Part shown: piece after piece, positions 10,135 through 20,819 of the stretch
Numbering within the stretch: position 1 is the first letter of the stretch
Layout: each line of letters begins with the position of its first letter
From: an uncultured Planctomycetaceae bacterium
Lineage (GTDB): Bacteria > Planctomycetota > Planctomycetia > Planctomycetales > Planctomycetaceae
Length of the DNA stretch: 64,000 bases
Reading direction: 5' to 3'
Assembly (NCBI GenBank): GCA_963815195.1
Contig: CAWFGE010000023.1
Location: forward strand, 192,001-256,000
The notes under the pieces: generated by a model
Databases searched by the model: none
What the model was told of the DNA's origin: nothing
Seen by the model: the letters and a program-made list of their open reading frames with translations, nothing else
Program-made: the position numbers and the translations under genes

Positions 10135-11824
10135 ATGAAGCTCCAAACAAAACGAATTGTGATTGGCCTCTTGGGGTTCTTGTTTTTGTTATCGCTGGTG
10201 TTTGTGCAGGGCATGGAAGTTTTAAGGCGTCGGCAAGAGGCGGGGCTTTCCAACGCCCTGACCGCCATCCCGGTGAAGTCCAAAAACTGCGTGGAATGCC
10301 ACGGCCAGGCGACGCAGACGCCGGGCATCGTCGATCATTGGGAAGGCAGCACCCATGCCAAGAAGGGCGTGGGCTGCGTGGAATGCCACCAGGCACAAAA
10401 AAACGATGTGGACGGCTTCGAGCACTACGGGGCCTGGATTGCAACCATCGTGACCCCCAAGGACTGCTCGCGCTGCCATCAGAAAGAGTTCGAGGAATTC
10501 GAACACAGCCACCACGCCAAGGCGGGCAATATCCTGGCGTCGCTGGATAACTTCCTCGCCGAGAAAGTCGAAGGTTTTCGGGATGATGACAGCAATCGTC
10601 ACTTTTTCAATCCCCACTCGCCCACGCCGGGCCGGCCTGAAATCGACGAGGTGAATGGTCTGTCCAGCGCAGTTCGTCGGCTGCCAACAATGCCACGGCA
10701 GCAAGGTGGCGCTGGTTGGCAAGGACGGTTCCCGGATTACGATGGATGACCTCAAACCGGACGAAAAGGGCGTCCCCACGAATTTGCCGGTTTTGGAGAA
10801 CATCGTAAAAAAAGAAGGACGCCCCGTATTTCATGTGGGGTCTTGGCCCAATACAGGCATCGGCCGGATCAACTTGGACGGTTCGCTTGGGTCGTGCTCG
10901 GCTTGCCACAGCCGCCACGATTTCTCTCCCCGCCGGGCACGCCAACCCGAAAACTGCGGCAAATGCCACCTGGGCCCGGACCATCCCCAAAAGGAAATCT
11001 ATGAGGAATCAAAGCACGGCGTGGCCTATCGCGACTTGAAAGATCAAATGAATCTGGATGCCAAGGAATGGATTCTCGGCAAGGATTACACGCAAGCGCC
11101 GACCTGCGCGACGTGCCACATGTCGGGGCACTCGCGGAATCAAGGCGAAGTAACGCACGACCCCGGCAAACGGATTTCCTGGACGAATCGTCCCCCCATA
11201 AGTCTGGTGATGGACACGGACAAGAATGGGCAAATCATTAAAGAAACCGATCCTGTTGAGCGAAGAAAACTCATCAAGATCTCAGCCGAAGAACGCCGCA
11301 CCAACATGAAACAAGTCTGCCTCCACTGCCATACACCGAGTTATGTGGATTCGTTCTACAAACAATATGACGATTTTGTGGTGCTTTATAACGAAAAGTT
11401 TGCCAAGCCCGGTGAAGCGATCATGGGGGCGTTGAAAGCGCAGAAGCTGCTCACGCCTACGCAGTTCGATGAAGAAATCGAATGGACGTGGTTCTATTTG
11501 TGGCATCATGAAGGCCGCCGGGCGCGGCATGGAGCGGCCATGATGGCTCCGGACTACGCGCATTGGCATGGGATGTTTGAAGTGGCGGATCGCTTTTACA
11601 TGCACCTCATCCCGCAGGCCCAAGAAATCGCGCAACAGGCCGAGGAGCAAGGAAAGACCGAGGCCGCCAATGCGGTCCAGGCCGTGATCGACGGAATTCT
11701 GGCGCGTCCCGAACATCGTTGGAAGTCCAAGGATTTGGGCGGCGGTGAGGCCGTCAAAAACAACGCAGCGGATGCGGGCAACAAACCCAATCCCGCTGCC
11801 AATGCCGAAAAGCCCACGAAGTGA
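10135..11824 (+). CDS. Octaheme cytochrome c, hydroxylamine oxidoreductase (HAO) family; frameshift near 10670
   Basis: N-terminal TM; 8 CxxCH motifs (CVECH x2, CSRCH, CQQCH, CSACH, CGKCH, CATCH, CLHCH); CHLGPDHPQ and WHHEGRRAR..PDYAHWHG motifs. Confidence 0.88.
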
Positions 11825-11905
11825 AGGAAGAAACAAAGAGGAACCGTCCGCAGAGTTGACGGTGCCTTCATTTAAGTGTTGCAACAAATCCAAGGAGGGA
11901 AGATC

Positions 11906-12853
11906 GTGACGACAGCGAATAAACCACGAATCGTCATCTTAGCAGGCGGCACTTCCGCAGAACGCGAGGTGAGTTTGGCCGGGGGGCGGGCGGTGGCTTT
12001 GGGCCTGGAAGCTCGGGGCCTGGAAACGGTTTGGCTGGACCCGGCGGAGGGTTCGATCGAAACTTTTGACTGGCGGGGCGGGGATGTGGCGTTTCTCGTG
12101 TTGCACGGCGAGTTCGGCGAAGATGGGCAGGTGCAATCGCTGTTGGACGAGCGGGGTATTGCCTACACCGGGAGCGATGCTCAATCTTCGCAAATCGCCT
12201 TCAGCAAATCGGCGACCAAGGAGCGGTTGCAGATCGCTCACATCCCGACGCCGGTTGCGGTGGTCGTTCACCGGGCGGACGCGGCGGGTTCGCTTCGGCA
12301 GCGGGCGGAGGCGTTAGGGTTTCCGCTGGTCGTCAAACCCGATCGGCAAGGGTCCAGCCTGGGCGTGAGCGTGGTTCTTGAGGAAAGCGAACTGGAAGCC
12401 GCGCTGGACCGCTGTTTTGAACTCGATCCCTTCGGGCTGTTGGAAACTTACGTCCCCGGCAGCGAATGGACGGTGGGTTTATGGAACGATGAAGCACTGC
12501 CGGCGATTTGCATCGAGACCCCGCGCGGCTTCTACGACTACGCCGCCAAGTACCGAGACGAGGAAACCCAATACCATTTTGAAACCCAGATTCCCAAAGC
12601 CCAACGGGAGTGGATGCAGCGAATCGCGGTCCGCGTGGGCGAAGCCATCGGCACCCGCGGCATCGCCCGCGTGGATTTCCGCCTGGACGCCGAGGGCCGT
12701 CCCTGGGTGCTGGAAATCAACACCATTCCGGGCATGACCGACCACAGCCTGATCCCCAAAGCCGCCGCCCGGTTGGGCATTGCTTTTCCGGAACTGTGCG
12801 AGCGAATCGCGCTTGAGGCGGTCCAGGCTCCTCGCGCGAAGCATGCTGCTTGA
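11906..12853 (+). CDS. ddl: D-alanine--D-alanine ligase
   Basis: GGTSAEREVS, LHGEFGEDG, GSSLG, FYDYAAKY and EINTIPGMT motifs; GTG start with AAGGAGG. Confidence 0.96.
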   Translation: MTTANKPRIVILAGGTSAEREVSLAGGRAVALGLEARGLETVWLDPAEGSIETFDWRGGDVAFLVLHGEFGEDGQVQSLLDERGIAYTGSDAQSSQIAFSKSATKERLQIAHIPTPVAVVVHRADAAGSLRQRAEALGFPLVVKPDRQGSSLGVSVVLEESELEAALDRCFELDPFGLLETYVPGSEWTVGLWNDEALPAICIETPRGFYDYAAKYRDEETQYHFETQIPKAQREWMQRIAVRVGEAIGTRGIARVDFRLDAEGRPWVLEINTIPGMTDHSLIPKAAARLGIAFPELCERIALEAVQAPRAKHAA

Positions 12854-12858
12854 GCTAA

Positions 12859-12980
12859 GGACCGTTCGAGAAAAAACTGTCCGATCATCAGCCGGAACGC
12901 GCTCCCGTCCGGTTCTTGGCGTGAACCGGGGCTAGCCGCCCTGCGGCTAATAAATGCGACAGTTATTTATCGAGCGATCC
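12859..12980. mobile_element. 122-bp MITE-like element with 23-bp imperfect TIRs and TAA flanks
   Basis: ggaccgttcgagaaaaaactgtc vs reverse complement ggatcgctcgataaataactgtc (19/23); TAA at 12856-58 and 12981-83. Confidence 0.65.
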
Positions 12981-13162
12981 TAAGGGGCGGAGGATAAAGG
13001 TTGGAGGAGAGAGAATGGCGGTTGGCTTCCGTCTGCCCTCCGTCTTCCATCCTCCAACCTCAGCCGCATCGCGAGCCGTTGAACTCACCGCGCATCCCGG
13101 CTAATGTTTTTAGATGGTGGAGTTTGCGCCGGTTTTGTGTTCTTGCGTGAGGAAGACGGCTC

Positions 13163-14416
13163 GTGATTGATTTGAGATGCGGGCGTTGGCTCGTTGGATG
13201 TTGGCTGGTGGGGCTGCTGTTTGTTTCCAGCGAATCGAATGCGGAGAATTGGACGCGGTTTCGCGGGCCGAACGGTTCGGGGCTCAGCGAGGCGACGGTG
13301 CCGGTGAAGTGGGACAGCGATGACATTCGCTGGACGGCGGAGCTTTTGGGCGCCGGGCATTCCTCGCCGGTGGTCTGGGAGCAGCGGCTGTTTGTGACGA
13401 GTGCCGACGTGGACGCCGGCAAGCGGTATCTCATCTGTCTGAATGCCGATTCCGGCGAGCGGAACTGGATCAAGGAATTCGATTTCGCGAAACACAAAAA
13501 ACACAACAACAACAGCTTCGCCTCCAACACGCCGGCGGTGGATGCGGACGCGGTGTATGTGCTCTGGCAATCGCCCGAGGGGTCTTCGCTGAAGGCTTTT
13601 ACGCACGAGGGCGATGAGATCTGGAACGCGGATTTAGGTCCGTATCGCCACGGCCAGGGCGGGGGCACGTCGCCGATTGTGTTTGAGGATCTGGTCGTGG
13701 TCTCGAACGATCATGGCGAAGGCAGTTTTCTCGGGACGTACGATCGGAAGACCGGCAAGGAGCGCTGGCGGATTCCCCGCGAAGGAAAGCGGGCCTGTTA
13801 TTCCACGCCCTGCGTCTACCAACCGGAAGGGCACGCGCCGGAGTTGATCTTCACGCACTGCTTCGAAGGTGTGACCGGCGTCGATCCGCGATCCGGCAAG
13901 GAACTTTGGATGATCGATGTCTTCGGCCGGTTCCCGCAGCGGGCGGTCGTGTCGCCTTTTGTTGTCGGAGATTTGATCATCACCGGCAGCGGAGCCCGCG
14001 GCGGCGAGCGGAATATCGTCGCGATCCGCCCTCCCGCCGGCAAAGAGGCAAAACCCGAAGAGGTTTACCGCATTTCCAAAGCCGGCACGCCGCACGTGCC
14101 CACGCCGATCGCTTATAAAGATTGGCTGTTCTTGTGGGGCGACAACGGCATCGTTTCCTGTGTAAGGGCCGACACTGGAAAGACCGTGTGGCAAAAGCGG
14201 ATCGGCGGGAACTTTTTCTCTTCGCCCGTCTGCATCAATGGCAAACTTTATGGCGTCGATCTGGAAGGGACGGTGGTCGTGCTCGACGCTTCGGACAAGT
14301 TCGCCGAGCTCGCCCGAAACCCGCTGGCCAAACCCACAAGAGCCACCCCCGCCGTCGCGAACGGCACGCTTTACATTCGCAGCGAGTCCCACGTGTTCGC
14401 CATCGGCGGCAAGTAG
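13163..14416 (+). CDS. PQQ-binding-like beta-propeller protein (BamB-like)
   Basis: Signal peptide, ENWTRFRGPNGSG, GHSSPVV and repeated TGKE.W blades. Confidence 0.9.
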   Translation: MIDLRCGRWLVGCWLVGLLFVSSESNAENWTRFRGPNGSGLSEATVPVKWDSDDIRWTAELLGAGHSSPVVWEQRLFVTSADVDAGKRYLICLNADSGERNWIKEFDFAKHKKHNNNSFASNTPAVDADAVYVLWQSPEGSSLKAFTHEGDEIWNADLGPYRHGQGGGTSPIVFEDLVVVSNDHGEGSFLGTYDRKTGKERWRIPREGKRACYSTPCVYQPEGHAPELIFTHCFEGVTGVDPRSGKELWMIDVFGRFPQRAVVSPFVVGDLIITGSGARGGERNIVAIRPPAGKEAKPEEVYRISKAGTPHVPTPIAYKDWLFLWGDNGIVSCVRADTGKTVWQKRIGGNFFSSPVCINGKLYGVDLEGTVVVLDASDKFAELARNPLAKPTRATPAVANGTLYIRSESHVFAIGGK

Positions 14417-14464
14417 CCTTCATCTCATCCAGCACCATTGACACACCAACCGGGATATTCTTCG

Positions 14465-15580
14465 ATGACGATTGCCTTGATTCTGATTGCAGCGGTTTGT
14501 CTCGCGTATGCGAACGGGGCCAACGACAATTTTAAAGGCGTGGCCACTTTGTTCGGCAGCGGGACGACGAATTACCGCGGGGCCTTGACCTGGGCGACGG
14601 TCACGACGTTTTTGGGATCGCTCACCGCGGTGTTCCTGGCGGGGCAGTTGCTCAAGAGTTTCAGCGGCAAGGGACTGGTGTCCGATGAACTGGTGGCCGA
14701 CCCCAATTACGGAGCCGCCGTCGCGTTGGGGGCGGGCCTGACGGTGCTCCTCGCCACGAAGATCGGCATGCCGATTTCCACGACGCACAGCCTCGTGGGG
14801 GCATTGGTCGGAGCGGGCTGGGCGGCGTCTTCGCCACTCGACTTCGCCAAGCTGGGATCGGGCTTTTTCGCGCCGCTGCTGGTCAGCCCGCTGATGGCGG
14901 TCGCGGCCGCGGTGGTGCTCTATCCGATTCTGCACTTCGCCCGGAGGCGGGTGGGAGTCAGTGAAGAGACCTGCATCTGCGTCGGCAATGAGACCGTGGA
15001 GGTGCACCCCTGCCTCAGTCACACCGCGGCCCTCGAGCGCGTGGAGCAACTCACCGTGACGGTCGGCGATGCCGTAACTTGCAAAAACCAGTATCACGGC
15101 CAAGTGCTAGGCGTGCAAGCGGCGACCATCTTGGACCGGCTGCATTATTTGTCGTCGGGCATCGTGAGTTATGCGCGGGGGCTCAACGACACGCCCAAAA
15201 TCGCGGCCCTGCTCTTGTTGGCCCCGGCTTTGGGGGCCGCGGGCAGCACGACTCTGGTAGGTGTCGTGATCGCCTTGGGCGGCATTGTGAGCGCCCGTAA
15301 GGTCGCGGAAACGATGAGCCAGAAAATCACCGCGATGAATCACGGCCAGGGTTTTACCGCCAACGTGATCACGGGAGCCATCGTCATCGGAGCGAGCCGA
15401 TTGGGCCTGCCCGTCTCGACGACGCACGTCAGTTGCGGGGCATTATTCGGCATCGGCAGCGTGACGCGACAAGCCCACGCCGGCATGATCGGCCGGATCC
15501 TAATCGCCTGGATCACCACGCTTCCCGTGGGCGCGGCCTTGGGAGCCGGGCTGTATTGGGCGATCGGCACTTGGATCTAA
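14465..15580 (+). CDS. Inorganic phosphate transporter (PiT) family
   Basis: NGAND, PISTTH, GLND and PVSTTH motifs. Confidence 0.88.
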   Translation: MTIALILIAAVCLAYANGANDNFKGVATLFGSGTTNYRGALTWATVTTFLGSLTAVFLAGQLLKSFSGKGLVSDELVADPNYGAAVALGAGLTVLLATKIGMPISTTHSLVGALVGAGWAASSPLDFAKLGSGFFAPLLVSPLMAVAAAVVLYPILHFARRRVGVSEETCICVGNETVEVHPCLSHTAALERVEQLTVTVGDAVTCKNQYHGQVLGVQAATILDRLHYLSSGIVSYARGLNDTPKIAALLLLAPALGAAGSTTLVGVVIALGGIVSARKVAETMSQKITAMNHGQGFTANVITGAIVIGASRLGLPVSTTHVSCGALFGIGSVTRQAHAGMIGRILIAWITTLPVGAALGAGLYWAIGTWI

Positions 15581-15613
15581 AGAGATTTATTGGCGACGCC
15601 GATCAATGGGTAA

Positions 15614-17923
15614 TCACTCCGGCTTCGGCCACTTGAGGTGTTTGTGCAAAAAGTCGAACGTGCCTTGGCCGTGGATGGTGTGGGGGCCGGTGAACCATTC
15701 GATTTCGGTGCGGCCTGCGATGCCTAGCTTCGCTTCATAAAGATACCGGATTTTGGCGTATTCGTAGGCGACGGTCTCATCGGGGGCGACGCCGTCGAAG
15801 TGGCCGCGCTCCACCATGAACGGGCGGGGGGCGATGAGGGCGGCCATCTCGGCATAGTTAAACGTGTGGCCCAGGTTCCATTCGAAAATCTCATACTCCC
15901 CGGTCCACACATAGCTGTAAGGAGAATGCGTGGAGGCGTTCTTCCAGACCCATTCGTTGAAGTCGGCCGAGCAGATGGAGAGGGTGTAATCGGTGACCAA
16001 AGGCGGGATCCGCATCGCCGACTTCCCGCCGTAAGACAGCCCGTAAAAGCCGATCCGCTTGGCATCCACGGCGGGCAGGGTTTTGAGCCAATTCACAATC
16101 TGCTGATGCTGCGGGACGATGATGGAAAACAGCGACGTGCCCACGGGGTTACTTTTCCGCTGCAGCGTGCGGAAGCGGTCGTGAAACAGATACAGGTTCT
16201 GCGGCGCGAAGGTGATAAAACCCCGCTCGCAGAGCTTGGCGGCGAAGTCGTGATAGGCCCGGTGGTCGCCTTCGATGACATCGGCGGGCCGGCCTTCCAG
16301 ACCGTGCTGGCAAACGACCACCGGCCGTTGTTCGCCTTCGCGGATGTCCTTCGGCCAGAGCAGAATCCCATACGCGAACACATCGGGAAACACATCGAGC
16401 ACCACTTCGTAGGCGGTCCATTTTTCCGTGTCTTTCCAGACCCGCGTGCGGACATTCGGTGGCAATAACTCCAATGGATGCCGGCCGATGACCTCATCGC
16501 GGAAATATTCGCGATACCACTCGGCCGATTTCTGGTAAGCCTCCTGGGAACTCGTATCGAGCTTCTTCATAAACTCCCGGCGAACGTCGGCGCTGTCTCT
16601 GAGCAGGATTTGATTGTGATCGTCGATCTCCTGGATCAACCGCCGCTGCCGGGTTTCCGGATCAAAGTTTTTCCAGAGCATTTGCGGCGGATTGCTGGAG
16701 TCGCTGAGCTTGGCCTCGGCGGACAACGGCGACAAAAAGGCAGAGAGCGTGTGAGGATTGCCGAACTCTCCCGAGCCTTGCTCGATGATCGACAGGAAGG
16801 GGAGCGGCATCCACGTTTTGCCTTTGACCATTTTCTGCCAGCGCCCCACCTCGGCGGACACGGTCTGCGCGTTGGGAGTGACCAATCTCGCCGGAGCGCC
16901 GCCTTCGCTGGGCAGCGTGAGTTCCGGGGCTTTGCAGACTTCGATGAGGATGGACCGCGGAGTGACGAGACTCATCAGTTCCGCATCGCCGAGTTGTTTT
17001 AACAGCCCAAACACGTTGCGGTCGATCGGTTCCTGCCAGAGGTTTTGGCGGGAATCGAAATAGCCGCTGACGGCGACGGCATCGATCCGCTGATCCAAGG
17101 CCCCGGCATAGAGCGCCAGCATTCCGCCTTCGCCATAACCCATGACGCCGACGCGCGTCTTCGGATTCGCTTTTTGAAACCAATCGACGCCCGCGAGGAT
17201 TTTTTGGACTTCGTAGCCGATCAGCGTTCGGCCCATTTCGAAAGAGCTGCGGTAGAGGTATTCGCGATTGGTGAGGTTCGCCCGGCCGCGGCGTTTTTCC
17301 ATGTGCCGGCTGATGAGGGCGGGCACCAACACCCGGCAGCCGCTTTCCGCGAGGACGCGGGCGAACTGCGACTTCGCGGGAATGCCTGGCGTCAAGCCGC
17401 AGAGTTGTTCGGGCGTCTGGTCGGCATCGGGGACGGTGATGATATTCGCCACCGGATCTTGCGACGCGGGTTCCAACAAAATCCCTTCGCCATGAATCCC
17501 GCCCAGCACCGGCCAGCGGACCGCGTAGGCTTTATATGAGGAGCCTTCCGCTAACAGAGCCGACTGTTTCGTGGTGTCGCTGAGTTCCGGGGCGTCAAAG
17601 GCAATCCGCTCATCGACCACGCCCAACATGCGGGCCAACGCTTTGCGGTTCGATTCGACCGATTTGACGTACGCCTCCGGCGAAGACACGTCCCGATTCC
17701 AAAAGGCGGGTCGGCGTTCGATGGACTTCTGCAATTGATTGAGAAGAAACCGGTCGGCCCCATCCACCAGATGCGATGCCAGGTCGCCGGTCATCGTCAG
17801 CGGCTTGGTGCCGGGAAACACCGCGGGCTTCGCGGCATCTTGGGACATCGCCCGGCCGCTGATCGCGAGCAAGAGAAGCAAACCGAAAACGAGCAGCCGA
17901 TCGAGGCGAAGGTTAGTTGCCAT
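15614..17923 (-). CDS. Secreted double alpha/beta hydrolase (dienelactone hydrolase-like)
   Basis: Signal peptide; GYGEGG and GLSYGG nucleophile-elbow motifs in two domains. Confidence 0.8.
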   Translation of the reverse strand: MATNLRLDRLLVFGLLLLLAISGRAMSQDAAKPAVFPGTKPLTMTGDLASHLVDGADRFLLNQLQKSIERRPAFWNRDVSSPEAYVKSVESNRKALARMLGVVDERIAFDAPELSDTTKQSALLAEGSSYKAYAVRWPVLGGIHGEGILLEPASQDPVANIITVPDADQTPEQLCGLTPGIPAKSQFARVLAESGCRVLVPALISRHMEKRRGRANLTNREYLYRSSFEMGRTLIGYEVQKILAGVDWFQKANPKTRVGVMGYGEGGMLALYAGALDQRIDAVAVSGYFDSRQNLWQEPIDRNVFGLLKQLGDAELMSLVTPRSILIEVCKAPELTLPSEGGAPARLVTPNAQTVSAEVGRWQKMVKGKTWMPLPFLSIIEQGSGEFGNPHTLSAFLSPLSAEAKLSDSSNPPQMLWKNFDPETRQRRLIQEIDDHNQILLRDSADVRREFMKKLDTSSQEAYQKSAEWYREYFRDEVIGRHPLELLPPNVRTRVWKDTEKWTAYEVVLDVFPDVFAYGILLWPKDIREGEQRPVVVCQHGLEGRPADVIEGDHRAYHDFAAKLCERGFITFAPQNLYLFHDRFRTLQRKSNPVGTSLFSIIVPQHQQIVNWLKTLPAVDAKRIGFYGLSYGGKSAMRIPPLVTDYTLSICSADFNEWVWKNASTHSPYSYVWTGEYEIFEWNLGHTFNYAEMAALIAPRPFMVERGHFDGVAPDETVAYEYAKIRYLYEAKLGIAGRTEIEWFTGPHTIHGQGTFDFLHKHLKWPKPE

Positions 17924-18197
17924 AAAATTCTCCCGCGTTTTTCTGTGGGGGTCGGACAACAGAATGTTGTGAATATAAACGCGGTGAGGTGGCTGGGGCG
18001 CAAAGCAATGGATCGAGCGAAAAACGCGTTCCGGAAACTGGGGCCATGGGAATTGATTCTCTCGCGTCCATCGCCCCAGTATTCGCTTGCCTCACTTTAT
18101 GCAAAAATATCTGCGCCCCAGCCACCCGACCGCTTACCATTTGGCTGAGTATAAACGCGGAGCACACTGAGCACACGCCTGGCAGCAAGTCCGCGCC

Positions 18198-20655
18198 CTA
18201 ATCGCCGTCCAGGTCCGCGCCAAATTCTTCCAGTTCTTCGTCGAGGTTCTCCACATGCTCCACTTCCGCGGCCGCGGTTTCGCCTTTGATGAGATCGACC
18301 TGGGCCTGGGCGGCGGCGATGGCTTTGTCGGTGCTTTCGGGATCGACGGCCCGGCAGCTTTCCGTAAGCTGCTCGCTTAACTCCCGCAGGAAGCTTTGCC
18401 ATTCTTCCGGGTCGGCTAGCCGCGGGGCAGACCTGCATAAACTCGCCGCAGAACAAAATCAGCCGCAGGAAATGCCGAAACACCATGCCCTCCTGCCGGG
18501 TCAGGCCCTTGGCGGTGACATATTTGTTGAAGTCGCCGCCCTGCGTCAAGAGTTCCCCCGCCGCCCAGACCGGCATGATTCGCACATCCTTGACGCCGGG
18601 GTACTGCGAATCGAACAACAGCTTGAGCTTCTCCGCCAGCGTGGGCGTCCAGCGCTCTTCCCAGTTGAGCGTGGGGTCATCCTTCACCGACAAATCGTGA
18701 GGCGTGACCAGGCCCCGCTGCAAAAGTTCCTCATCCAACCGCGTCTGGGCCAGATTCCCCGGCGGCAAATCTTCGATCCTCGGCACGCGAACGAACTTCG
18801 CCATCGAGCCCGGCAACTCCAATACGCTTTCCAGCGCCTGAATCCGCTCCTCGGCATCGGCGATGCCCAGGTGCTCCAACAGAAACGCCCCATATACCGG
18901 ATTGACGCTGCGAAACTCCAACAGCTCCGCGAGCCGAGGCGTGGCATGGGCCAGCCTGGGTTCGTATTCCTCCTGTTCCGATTCGTCGTCGTCGCCGGGG
19001 CTTTTCTGTTTGGGCTTGTTCTTTTTCGGGTCGGCTTCGGCGCGGGCTTCCAGGATCAAAGAACCCAACAGCCCGGGCTTGGGTTTCTTTTCCGCCGGCT
19101 GTTCCGCGGGGGCTTGTTCCTCTTGCTTCACATCGGGCGGAGGCGGGGGTTCGGGTTCGAGTTTGACGAACCCGCCCGCCCACAAAGTTTTGAGCATGCG
19201 ATTGAGCTGCTTCTGTCCCGCGGCGAGGCGTTTGTCGTCCATCAACCGCTTGCGGACGACCTGCCGCAGCCGTTCTACTTCGGGCGAAAGCTCCAGCAGA
19301 TACGCCAACAACCGCCAGGGCAATTGGCCCCGGCTGGCGAGTTTGCCCGGCGGGGCTTCGACGAGTTTTTGGAACTGCTCCTCGTTCCAATACTGCTCGG
19401 TCTTCCGCCGGGTGGGCATCTTTTTCAGGATGCGTTTGCGGGCCTTGATGAGGTTGGGATCCTTCGTATCTTCGGGGATCGTGTCGTGCTTTTCTTTCCA
19501 GCGGGCGATCTTGACGTCGTCTTCGTGACCGAGGGCGTACACAAAACCTTCGGTGTCGAACTGCGGCCGGCCCGCGCGGCCGAACATCTGATGGGCGGAG
19601 CTGGCGTCGATAACTTTCTTGTCGCCCGGCGGCCCTTTCAGCAGCGTGGTCAGGAGCACAGAGCGGGCCGGCAGATTGATCCCCGCCGCCAAGGTTTCGG
19701 TCAGACGCAGACGCTCAACAGCTTTCGCTGAAAGAAGCGTTCGACGACCCGGCGGTACTTGGGCAACAGTCCCGCGTGATGCACCCCGACGCCTCGCATC
19801 AAGATCGATTTGAGCTTCGGCCCCGCTCCGTGGCTGAAGTCGTGCTCGTCGATCTCGGCGGCCAGCTTCTTTTGCTGGCCGTCCGAAAGCAAACTTTTGC
19901 CGCGAAGCTGCTCGGCCACGTTCCAGCATTGATCGCGGTTGAAGCAAAACACCAGGGCCGGGCGTCTTGCGGGTTTCCTCATCGCCCGACGCCATGTGCT
20001 CGAGCTGCTCGTTGAGGAGTTGATCGCCGATCCAGAAAAACCTGAGCGGCACCTTGCGTTCGGTGCTCTGGACGAGTTGCAGTTTGCGATTGTGGCTGCG
20101 GGCGAGCCAGATGATGAACTCCGCCGAGTTCCCCACCGTCGCGGACAGAAGCAGCAACCGCGCCTGCTCCGGCAAGAGAGCCAGCGACAATTCCCACACG
20201 ATCCCGCGGTCCGGCGAGTTGAAGGTGTGGAACTCGTCCATCACCACGGCCGAGACGTTGTGAAAATCAAAGCCTTCGGGATGCAAGAGCCGATTGAGCA
20301 GAATCTCGGCCACGACCACCAGCACGCGGGCATCGGGATTGACTTTGCGGTTGCCGGTGACGAGGCCCACATCGTCTTTGGAGAAGCCCCACTTGACGGC
20401 GGCTTCTTGGATTTCATGAAACTTCTGCTCGGTGAGCGCGATCAACGGCGTGGTGAGATAGGCGATGCTCCCGGAATGCAGGGCTTCAAACAGGGCCGCC
20501 TCCGCGATCAGCGTTTTCCCCATCCCGGTGGGAGCACACACCAACACGCCCTCTTGCGCGGTGAACCACGCCAGCAACGCCTCCTCCTGAACCGGATAAG
20601 GCTCGAACGCCAACTGGTCGAGATACATCGAACACAGTTCATCGCGGCTGAACAT
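18198..20655 (-). CDS. Ski2/HelY-like DEAD/DEAH-box helicase (several frameshifts)
   Basis: [38 protein letters not shown] and QMFGRAGR; frame changes near 19960, 19705 and 18425. Confidence 0.88.
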
Positions 20656-20819
20656 CAATCGCCAATCGCCCAAAAGATCAAAAACAAGCCCGCAGGCAGG
20701 ATAGAGCATCGCGGGGGGATTGTCCAAGGCAGTTTTCCTCGTCTTGCCCCCAAGCGGGGCGGGGGTATATCATGCTTGCGGGTGCTCCGGTTATCGCCCT
20801 TGTCGAGAAGTATCGAAAC

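Noticed and set aside
2737..12853. Peptidoglycan genes in a planctomycete as a novelty
   Set aside because: Peptidoglycan and mur/ddl genes are already established in Planctomycetota.
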